Shown piece after piece: positions 1-7,056 of a DNA stretch of 18,136 nt. The first letter of the stretch is position 1. Each line of letters opens with the position of its first letter. Source of the stretch: an uncultured archaeon (lineage in GTDB: Archaea > Asgardarchaeota > Heimdallarchaeia > Heimdallarchaeales > Heimdallarchaeaceae); assembly GCA_964549075.1 (NCBI GenBank), contig CAZJUB010000054.1, forward strand, positions 1 through 18,136, written 5' to 3'. The notes beneath the pieces were generated by a model. That model made no database searches, was not told the DNA's origin, and saw only the letters and a program-made list of their open reading frames with translations. Both the position numbers and the translations under genes were made by a program.

Positions 1-109
1 AACAAAAAAAGGACTAAATAAAAACAAATAAAAACTAATCACCACAAGAAAACTGCTTTTAGGAGTTCTATAAGTTATACTACTACTTTCTAGTATACCG
101 TATTTTCAT

Positions 110-1102
110 GTGAGTGCAAATGGCGATGATGATGAGGATGGAGATGGCATTGATGATAACTTTGAAAATGAGAATAAACGAGAAGTAAATGTTGAACATA
201 GTTCGGAAGAGGTCCAAATATCTTCATCGAGTAGTAATAACGAAGTTCAAAATGAATTCCAGATTCAAGTTAAAGTTGGATCAGATGGCTTAGTACTTAA
301 GCTGGATTACGAGGGAAATAATAATGATGAAGAATCCGAAATCGAGTTCGAAGTAAGCTTTACAGAAATTATTGAATATACAGACACTACTGGTGAAGGT
401 GCGTTTAATGATTCAGAAATTGTTCAACAAACATTAGCTTTAGAAGATTTCAAACCAATTGATTATTCTACAGATACAATCGATAATACTTCGGTTTACG
501 TGTTAGGTGTAGAAACAGTTGATGGGATTTTTACATCTACACTTTATATCTCAACAGAATTTGTTAATATTAGTGGAGTAATAGTTGCTCCAACTCAGAT
601 GAAAATTGATATTGGAATTCATAATTTTCCTTTTGCAGAGAATGACACTCAATTAGCTCTACAAGTTCAAATAAATTCCGATAGAGAGATTGATTATGAA
701 GATCAAGAAGAAACTGAAGATGAAGATTATGGATTTGCTGAGGACGAACATGAAATTGCAGTTAAACTCAACGATTACACTGGTTTCTTCTCTTGGGCAG
801 AAACAGCAGTAATTGATGATGTAGTATATAATGTAACAGAATCAATACCTGAAGGAGGTTCAGAAGAGCAAATTATGTATCTAAATTATCCAAGAGGAGC
901 AGAAATCATTCATGATCCTAAAATAGGAATTGAAGGGATATTAATTGACATAGATCACACAATTCCAAGCACAATTTTAATTCCGTGGGTTCATCTTGTT
1001 AATCCAACTCAGACAGAATTTCTTATCGTCACTGTAATCAGTTTGATAATTGTTATATGTTTAGTTCTCATTTTCCGCCAGAATAAACACATACAAGTAT
1101 GA
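110..1102 (+). CDS. Highly acidic, probably secreted/surface protein with a C-terminal transmembrane anchor; true N-terminus probably extends to about nt 32-38
   Basis: 330-aa ORF very rich in D/E. N-terminal DDDEDGDGIDD resembles a DxDxDG Ca-binding loop. C-terminal hydrophobic helix FLIVTVISLIIVICLVLIF is followed by basic RQNK. The same frame upstream reads TTRKLLLGVL*VILLLSSIPYFHVSA, a signal-peptide-like stretch broken by TAA at 71-73. Confidence 0.8.
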   Translation: MSANGDDDEDGDGIDDNFENENKREVNVEHSSEEVQISSSSSNNEVQNEFQIQVKVGSDGLVLKLDYEGNNNDEESEIEFEVSFTEIIEYTDTTGEGAFNDSEIVQQTLALEDFKPIDYSTDTIDNTSVYVLGVETVDGIFTSTLYISTEFVNISGVIVAPTQMKIDIGIHNFPFAENDTQLALQVQINSDREIDYEDQEETEDEDYGFAEDEHEIAVKLNDYTGFFSWAETAVIDDVVYNVTESIPEGGSEEQIMYLNYPRGAEIIHDPKIGIEGILIDIDHTIPSTILIPWVHLVNPTQTEFLIVTVISLIIVICLVLIFRQNKHIQV

Positions 1103-1122
1103 GAGTTTTATACTCTCATACT
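1096..1122. terminator. Perfect 11-bp inverted repeat (candidate bidirectional terminator or 3'-end hairpin) between convergent genes
   Basis: AGTATGAGAGT (1096-1106), loop TTTAT, ACTCTCATACT (1112-1122). Overlaps the TGA of the + gene and ends 9 nt before the TAG of the - gene. Confidence 0.55.
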
Positions 1123-1131
1123 ACTCCCCCT

Positions 1132-1986
1132 CTATTTTTGTTTTTCACACAAGATGTTCTGAACAAGATGAGAGTGACCATCATCTGTTGGAAACTCATT
1201 CCAAATATGTTCAGTTCTACTGAGGATGTTGAAATCGCTTTCTTCTATTATATTTTCAATAGCATCTAACCAAAAAAGAGAACGATTGCATGGTTCACCT
1301 TCTGGAATTCTAGCAACAGGAGTAGAGATAATCAACTTACCATGTTTATCTAGCATATTATGAAGAAATTTGAGAGAGATTTTTACAGAATGATCATTCA
1401 ATTTTCTCATTATTTGAAAGAATTCTTCTATGTTTTTCTGAAAACGAGAACAGTACTTAATGAAAATAGGCATCATATAATAATCCATTAGACCTAAGTG
1501 AGTAATAAAATCATATTTGTGATTCTTTTCTTTAACATTTTCGATCTCAAAATCTAAGTCTAAGTCCAAGTTATCTAGATAATCAAGAAGTTTTTTTTCT
1601 GAGATTTCATTTTTATCTAATAATTCAAATCCCTCCAACACTTTATCTGTAAACCCTCCAGTGTTATCGAATCTTTGAACATCAACTTGACGAAAATCAT
1701 ATATTGAGGAAAGATAAATTCTGGCTCTTTTCAAAGCTTCATCATTTATATCTAGTAAAGTTATTTTTACAATACGATGAAGTATTCTTGAATCTATCTC
1801 AGGGATTGTATTTGTAACACCTATAAATCCCCAATGATGAACCTTATGAGGTAAACAAGAGTGAATAAAATTTCTTATCTGTTCATAATGAACATCCCAC
1901 TCATCTTTATATGATGAGTAGTTTTTTTCGTAATCAATCATCCACTCTTTATTGATGAATTCTTGCATTAAATGAGAAATATTCAA
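1132..1986 (-). CDS. Hypothetical protein, class I SAM-methyltransferase-like (Rossmann) fold with degenerate motif I
   Basis: Ordered motifs WGFIGVTN (motif I-like), ITLLDIN (acidic end of beta2), QRFDNTG, KYDFITHLGL and LDKHGKLIISTP (LxxxGxLII). Start may be the ATG at 1968 (MQEF) rather than the TTG at 1986. Confidence 0.55.
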   Translation of the reverse strand: MNISHLMQEFINKEWMIDYEKNYSSYKDEWDVHYEQIRNFIHSCLPHKVHHWGFIGVTNTIPEIDSRILHRIVKITLLDINDEALKRARIYLSSIYDFRQVDVQRFDNTGGFTDKVLEGFELLDKNEISEKKLLDYLDNLDLDLDFEIENVKEKNHKYDFITHLGLMDYYMMPIFIKYCSRFQKNIEEFFQIMRKLNDHSVKISLKFLHNMLDKHGKLIISTPVARIPEGEPCNRSLFWLDAIENIIEESDFNILSRTEHIWNEFPTDDGHSHLVQNILCEKQK

Positions 1987-1989
1987 GAA

Positions 1990-2000
1990 CTATAAGTTTC
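1990..2000 (-). promoter_or_regulatory. Candidate archaeal BRE/TATA element for the methyltransferase-like gene
   Basis: Minus strand reads GAAACTTATAG, 22-32 nt upstream of ATG 1968 (leaderless spacing). A near-identical GAAATTCTTATAG lies upstream of the gene at 2746. Confidence 0.35.
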
Positions 2001-2032
2001 TTTCGTGTCAAAAGAGTAAAATTGTGTTGAAA

Positions 2033-2641
2033 ATGGATGTTTTTATTGTTAGACACGGAGAAACCGCATTCAATTTGGGAGAAGAAAGGATTAGAGGAAG
2101 AATCGATGTTCCTTTATCAGAACTAGGAATTAAACATGCAGACGAAGTGGGTAAAGCATTATCAACAATTCCTATAGAAAAAATATACTTTAGTCGTCTA
2201 TCTCGTGCAAAAGACACAGCGGAAGCCATAAAAAAGTATCAAAATAAAGCAAATTTTGATGTAGAACCCTATTTGCTGGATCTTTCTTTTGGAGATTGGG
2301 AAGGCAAAGAAGGAAGCGAGGTTTTTCAAGGAGGCTTAATAAATCAATGGAGAACAAATCCAAATGATGTGTTGATACCAAATGGTGAAACATTCTATCA
2401 AGTTCTAGATAGGCTTCATAGACTATTTTTAAGATTAAGAAAACAAGAAGAGAAAAATGTTGTTCTCGTAACCCATGGAGCAGTAATTAACCTGATATTT
2501 GTCTATCTAACAGAAACTCATCCTTCTCATTACTGGAATTTCTATGTTAAACCATGCTCTATTTCACATGTAAAACTATATCCTAATGGAATAATAAACA
2601 TCGTTAAATTTAACGATTTCAACCATCTTTCTGAGGAATAA
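2033..2641 (+). CDS. Histidine phosphatase superfamily protein (PhoE/GpmB/CobC/PspA-like)
   Basis: RHGET catalytic motif at the N-terminus, SRLSRA, FGDWEG, PNGE and VTHG (second catalytic His). ATG at 2033; alternative GTG at 2024. Confidence 0.92.
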   Translation: MDVFIVRHGETAFNLGEERIRGRIDVPLSELGIKHADEVGKALSTIPIEKIYFSRLSRAKDTAEAIKKYQNKANFDVEPYLLDLSFGDWEGKEGSEVFQGGLINQWRTNPNDVLIPNGETFYQVLDRLHRLFLRLRKQEEKNVVLVTHGAVINLIFVYLTETHPSHYWNFYVKPCSISHVKLYPNGIINIVKFNDFNHLSEE

Positions 2642-2707
2642 AGAAATCAAAGTTAGTTAAAGAAAAAGCTGTTTACCTATTTTAGAAGAATATGGTCCCT
2701 TAAAATA

Positions 2708-2721
2708 GAAATTCTTATAGA
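2708..2721 (+). promoter_or_regulatory. Candidate BRE/TATA element
   Basis: GAAATTCTTATAGA with the TATA-like part about 25-32 nt upstream of ATG 2746. Confidence 0.35.
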
Positions 2722-2745
2722 AGCTTGATATCATTTCTTTTTAGA

Positions 2746-3177
2746 ATGACTGACATTATAGAAATAACAAAAAAACATTGGGAAAATAGTGATAACTGTG
2801 CTCGTTCAACAGCTAAAGGAATACTAGATTATTTTCAATTTTTTGAAATTTCCAAAACTTTAGATAAAGCTTTAATGGCTTTTGGAGGAGGTATGGGAGA
2901 GAGATCTATATGTGGTGCTGTTTCTGGATCTTTAACAGCCCTTAGTACAATTATGGTTGAGAGAGGTATTGAAGCAGAAAAGATGAGTGAGATATTCAAA
3001 GAATTTAAAACAAGGTTTCAAGAAAAGAATGGTTCCTTATATTGTAAAAACATCATTGAAGACTTTATAGCTCCTGATGGAAGTATCGATCAAGAAAATC
3101 AGGAAAGAAAAGATAAATGCGAACAAGCTGTTTTTTCAGCTGTTCTTATAGCTAAAAATCTTATTGAAAAATTGTAA
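2746..3177 (+). CDS. C_GCAxxG_C_C family putative redox-active protein
   Basis: NCARS ... FGGGMG ... ICGAVSG ... GSLYC ... KC: the four-Cys pattern of this family. ATG at 2746 preferred over TTG at 2725. Confidence 0.88.
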   Translation: MTDIIEITKKHWENSDNCARSTAKGILDYFQFFEISKTLDKALMAFGGGMGERSICGAVSGSLTALSTIMVERGIEAEKMSEIFKEFKTRFQEKNGSLYCKNIIEDFIAPDGSIDQENQERKDKCEQAVFSAVLIAKNLIEKL

Positions 3178-3197
3178 AGAAGGATTAAATCCTTCTT
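3177..3197. terminator. Perfect 10-bp inverted repeat between convergent stop codons
   Basis: AAGAAGGATT (3177-3186), A, AATCCTTCTT (3188-3197). Fills the whole 18-nt gap and touches both stop codons. Confidence 0.55.
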
Positions 3198-4389
3198 AAA
3201 CTACTTCTACACTTCCTGTTCCAGTATGAAGTAGTAAATTATAGGTGTTATTTGCAGTATCGTAATTTGCGGATTCGAAATTATTGCTCGAACCAAAAAT
3301 ATCTGTAGATCCAGTCCCTACATCTGCAGCTACCTTTAAGCCAATTGCTGGATTTAAATTTATAACTACACCAATTGAACCTGTTCCAGTAGAAGCATCT
3401 ATTACAGTTTCATAGACAATTGGTAAGATAGTATTTTGGGTAATTGCTAGATTAATTGAACCTGTTCCTGTATCTAAAATCCAGGTAAAATCATCAAAAA
3501 CAATTAGGTCTTCGTAAGAAAGAGTAATTGTTCCAGTTCCAGTTTCGAGCATAACACTTGATGAGTTTAAACTAGTGTTAATACCAAGGTCAGCTAAGAT
3601 ACTACCAGTACCTGTATCTAAATACATTGCTTGTATAGATGTGTTCAGAGATCCTGACAAATCTAAAGACAAAGTACCAGTTCCAGATTCAAGGAATAAA
3701 CCTTCAATATTAAGATAATCTACTGCATTTGTATCAAAAGCAACAGATCCTGTTCCAGCATCCACATTAAATTCAACATTTGCTGAAGGATGAATGTATA
3801 GCCTAATATCATAATTAAAAGTTGTCTTATCCCAATACCAGAAACTTCTGTCTCCAGAATCAAAACTTATAGTTAAAACACCAGGTGTGTCATTTGACGT
3901 CACAAAATTTTTTGCATCAGCGATATCTGCGTTAGGTCTTCCCCAAACATCTAATTCCGCTTCTATCATATTAGAAAGGGTTTGATCATAATAAATCTCA
4001 AGTGAACCAACATCAAGATCAATATTGAGCTCAACATTAGTTTCGGCAAATGAAGAAATTTGAAATTCGAGTGTGTCAAGATAGTTTAAATTCAGAGAGC
4101 CAAGAATTGCGAAAACTATGAAAGGTACAGCAATCAGAAAGATTATACCAACTGCATAACCAACTATCTTTGGTCTTTGTCTGATTGGTCTTTGTCCTTT
4201 AGGAGGTATATAGGGTTGACTCGGTCCTACATATTGCACTTCTGTTCCAGATTCTGGGTGAGGATCTGTTTTTATTGGTGTAGCTGCAGGAACACCTTTA
4301 ATCATCTCAATTTTAGCTCCACAATTATTACAAAATTCAGCATTTTCTGCTAATTTTGCTCCACAGTGGGTACAAAAGCCAGTTTCCAT
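3196..4389 (-). CDS. Zinc-ribbon domain + single TM + extracellular GTGS-repeat beta-solenoid (DUF4097/adhesin-like) protein
   Basis: N-terminal FCTHCG...FCNNCG (two CxxC), Pro-rich linker, basic patch, TM IVGYAVGIIFLIAVPFIVFAIL, then eight xxGTG(S/T) repeats. ATG at 4389; alternative GTG at 4398. Confidence 0.8.
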   Translation of the reverse strand: METGFCTHCGAKLAENAEFCNNCGAKIEMIKGVPAATPIKTDPHPESGTEVQYVGPSQPYIPPKGQRPIRQRPKIVGYAVGIIFLIAVPFIVFAILGSLNLNYLDTLEFQISSFAETNVELNIDLDVGSLEIYYDQTLSNMIEAELDVWGRPNADIADAKNFVTSNDTPGVLTISFDSGDRSFWYWDKTTFNYDIRLYIHPSANVEFNVDAGTGSVAFDTNAVDYLNIEGLFLESGTGTLSLDLSGSLNTSIQAMYLDTGTGSILADLGINTSLNSSSVMLETGTGTITLSYEDLIVFDDFTWILDTGTGSINLAITQNTILPIVYETVIDASTGTGSIGVVINLNPAIGLKVAADVGTGSTDIFGSSNNFESANYDTANNTYNLLLHTGTGSVEVV

Positions 4390-4484
4390 AAATATCACAT
4401 TGTACTAAATTCTAGTGCTAATTTTTACAAGAACTAATATAAACATATGCAATCACGATTAGCTTAAGAGCTATTAAAATAAGC

Positions 4485-4763
4485 TTAAGCATTTTGGAAT
4501 TCTAACAGAAGTTCTCGTAGTTCAGAAATTCTTATGCTTAGTTTTGCTCTTTCTCTGTTAATTTCGTTAACAGGTCCTAATTGTCCTTCCCTAATTAATC
4601 TTTCAGCGAGTTTTTGATACTCACGAGACTGGAATTCCAACTCCCTTAATTCGAGATAATGTCTAAAATGATGTTCTGTAACGTGTACCTCAGTATCAGT
4701 TTCTGAGGAGTGCTCTCTCTTATAATTTTGATGATTTGATTTTCTAAAGAACATTTCCGACAA
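4485..4763 (-). CDS. Small hypothetical protein with a His-rich segment and helical/coiled-coil C-terminus
   Basis: 92-aa ORF with TTG start and a GGTGG Shine-Dalgarno 10 nt upstream (4774-4778). Fills the intergenic gap; heptad-like Leu/Ile pattern in the C-terminal half. Confidence 0.7.
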   Translation of the reverse strand: MSEMFFRKSNHQNYKREHSSETDTEVHVTEHHFRHYLELRELEFQSREYQKLAERLIREGQLGPVNEINRERAKLSIRISELRELLLEFQNA

Positions 4764-4829
4764 AATAAATATACCACCGACATTTAATTATCTTTCTAAA
4801 TCACTGAAAAATATTTTAGCGAGTTTTTT

Positions 4830-5594
4830 TCAGCTTTTTATCATTATTCTTTTTCCTTCAAAAATCCATTTAGTGTTAGAATATAGTTCTAATTTTAGCT
4901 TATTTGCTAATTTTAGCTCTTCTTCATTTAGTGATGTTTCCTTAAAACTGAATTGCATCTGATTCTTAATTAACTCCAGCAGAGCAGTTTTCCATCTTTT
5001 CAAATCAAAATTCGCTATATTAGCAGTTGGAATATATGAACTTGATCTTGAATTTCGTTTTTTAAAAGTCTTTACTAACAAACTTCTTTCTAAATTTTCA
5101 AGATTTGCTGATACGAGAAGAGTTGCATGGTGAAGATAGATACTCTTAGTTAGATAACCAGCTGAACCTGAGACTTTTTTTCCATCAAGAAGAATATTGT
5201 TTTCAAGAACAGTTAACTTTTCAATCCCAATACTCTCTAAGCTTTTTTTCAAAATCTCTGTAAAGAATTGTTTATGTTCATTGAGATTCGAGATATCTTC
5301 TAGATGATTCCTCTTTATAAAAAAACTAATATTTGTATTTCCTTCATCCTGATAAACAGTTCCTCCGCCTGAAATTCTTCTTCCTATTGCTATATTATTA
5401 TTAGAACAGAATTCAGTGTTAACTTCCTCTTCAAATTTCTGACCTCTACCTAAAACCACAGAAGGAGGATTTTTCCAGATTCTAATTGCAAGATCGTAAG
5501 CAGATTGAGAATGTAAAAGAACCAATGAATGTTCAATTGCTAGATTAAGATTAAGTTCTTTAGTATTATCCTCAATTAATCTCCCGAATCTCAT
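4830..5594 (-). CDS. lplA: Lipoate-protein ligase A family, catalytic (N-terminal) domain only
   Basis: NLAIE, IWKNPPSVVLGRGQ, RRISGGGTVYQDEGNTNISF, DGKKVSGSA and HHATLL. Directly follows E3. ATG at 5594 avoids overlap with lpdA (the ORF track starts at 5642). About 254 aa with no C-terminal domain. Confidence 0.88.
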   Translation of the reverse strand: MRFGRLIEDNTKELNLNLAIEHSLVLLHSQSAYDLAIRIWKNPPSVVLGRGQKFEEEVNTEFCSNNNIAIGRRISGGGTVYQDEGNTNISFFIKRNHLEDISNLNEHKQFFTEILKKSLESIGIEKLTVLENNILLDGKKVSGSAGYLTKSIYLHHATLLVSANLENLERSLLVKTFKKRNSRSSSYIPTANIANFDLKRWKTALLELIKNQMQFSFKETSLNEEELKLANKLKLELYSNTKWIFEGKRIMIKS

Positions 5595-5613
5595 TTCTAA
5601 AAGCTCTCTTAAA

Positions 5614-7038
5614 CTAACTTTTGCGTTTTGCATTTGCCACATGAATTGCTTTTCCTAAAGCAGCTTCAACTGCTTCCATTATCATCTCAGGTAAAGTAGG
5701 ATGAGGATGTACTGTCATACCAATATCTTCAGCTGTTGCTCCCATTTCAAGTGCTAGAGAGATTTCACTAATCAAATCGGATGCATGAGGACCAATAATT
5801 TGAGCTCCTAAAAGAACACCATTGTCTGCATCAACCACAACATTCACGAAACCTTCTTCTTCAAGCTGTGTTAAAGCTCTTCCTGAGGCTCTAAAAGGTG
5901 CTCGAGCAACTACTACATTATACCCAGCTTCTTTAGCTTCATGTTCGAACATCCCAGCATAAGATATCTCAGGATCTGTAAAAATTGCTCCTGGCATCGC
6001 TCTAAAATCAGCTTCAGAAGCTAATCCAGCAATTACTTCAGCAGCAATAATTCCTTGTTTAGTAGCTCTGTGAGCTAAAAATGGCATCCCAGTACAATCG
6101 CCAATTGCATAAATGTGAGAGATATTTGTTTGTTGTTTAATATTTGTAAGAATGAAACCTTTTTGGTCAGTTTTCACTCCAGTCACTTCAAGATTAATTT
6201 CAGAAGTGTTAGGGATTTTTCCAACACCTAAAAGAATTTTATCAGCTGTAAGATGAAGTATGCCTTTATCTTTTGTATCTATTTCAATAACTAATTTTCC
6301 ATCCTCTCTAGTATTAACCTCAGTGACTTTTGTTTCAGTAAAAATTTCTACTCCTAGTTGTACTAATTTATCCTTCAAAACTTTAATCATGGAATCATCT
6401 ACTCCATGAATAATATTAGATAAAACCTCTACAATCTTCACTTTTGAACCAAGTTTGGCATACACAGATCCTAATTCTATACCTATTATTCCTCCTCCTA
6501 TACAGACAATTTCATCAGGGACATAATCTAAATCCAAAGCGCCTCTTGCACTTAAGATCTTATCATTATCGATTTGAAGCCCCGGAAGAGATCTGAACTC
6601 AGTTCCAGTAGCTATTATAATGTCCTCAGCTTCAATAGTTTCAGTGGAACCGTCTTCGAGTTTAACTTCTACTCTATGAGGATCGATAAAACTAGCAGAG
6701 CCTATAATTTTCTGTACTCTATTGCTACTAAGCAATTGATTAATTCCTGCTACTAATTTTTTAACTATTTTTCCTTTCCATTGTTGTAGTTGTTTAACAT
6801 CTATTTTGGTGTTTTCAGTTGTTATTCCCATTTTCGGTGTTTCGTGTATAATTTTATAATAGAAATCTGCAGCTGAAATCAGGGCTTTACTAGGGATGCA
6901 CCCCCAATTTAAGCATTCGCCTCCAATTGAACCTCTATCTACCAAGATTGTCTGTTTACCAAGTTGAGAAGATCTAATAGCTGCTGGATAACCTCCAGGT
7001 CCTGCACCTATAACAAGTACATCAGTCTGTATAGTCAT
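5614..7038 (-). CDS. lpdA: Dihydrolipoamide dehydrogenase (E3)
   Basis: GAGPGG FAD motif, redox-active GGECLNWGCIPSK, IGGGIIGIE NAD motif, IYAIGD and HPHPTLPE. GAGTGA SD-like motif upstream. Confidence 0.97.
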   Translation of the reverse strand: MTIQTDVLVIGAGPGGYPAAIRSSQLGKQTILVDRGSIGGECLNWGCIPSKALISAADFYYKIIHETPKMGITTENTKIDVKQLQQWKGKIVKKLVAGINQLLSSNRVQKIIGSASFIDPHRVEVKLEDGSTETIEAEDIIIATGTEFRSLPGLQIDNDKILSARGALDLDYVPDEIVCIGGGIIGIELGSVYAKLGSKVKIVEVLSNIIHGVDDSMIKVLKDKLVQLGVEIFTETKVTEVNTREDGKLVIEIDTKDKGILHLTADKILLGVGKIPNTSEINLEVTGVKTDQKGFILTNIKQQTNISHIYAIGDCTGMPFLAHRATKQGIIAAEVIAGLASEADFRAMPGAIFTDPEISYAGMFEHEAKEAGYNVVVARAPFRASGRALTQLEEEGFVNVVVDADNGVLLGAQIIGPHASDLISEISLALEMGATAEDIGMTVHPHPTLPEMIMEAVEAALGKAIHVANAKRKS

Positions 7039-7056
7039 ATAATCACTCTATAAGAA

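Noticed and set aside
2008-2393. Minus-strand ORFs 2008-2229 and 2190-2393
   Set aside because: Antisense shadows of the well-supported histidine phosphatase; no motifs.
2677-2708. 8-bp inverted repeat CTATTTTA/TAAAATAG with a 16-nt spacer
   Set aside because: Almost all A/T in an AT-rich genome, so expected by chance.
3205-3760. Recurring CCTGTTCC/CCAGT-like nucleotide repeats as a CRISPR array or tandem repeat
   Set aside because: They are degenerate codons of the GTGS protein repeats, with no conserved 25-45 bp repeat-spacer structure.
4485-4763. 92-aa ORF as LplB, the missing C-terminal domain of LplA
   Set aside because: Size and position fit, but the sequence looks all-helical and lacks the beta-strands and GDFF-like motif of LplB.
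5595-5642. N-terminal extension of lplA overlapping lpdA
   Set aside because: The ATG at 5594 gives a normal 19-bp gap and a domain-consistent start.
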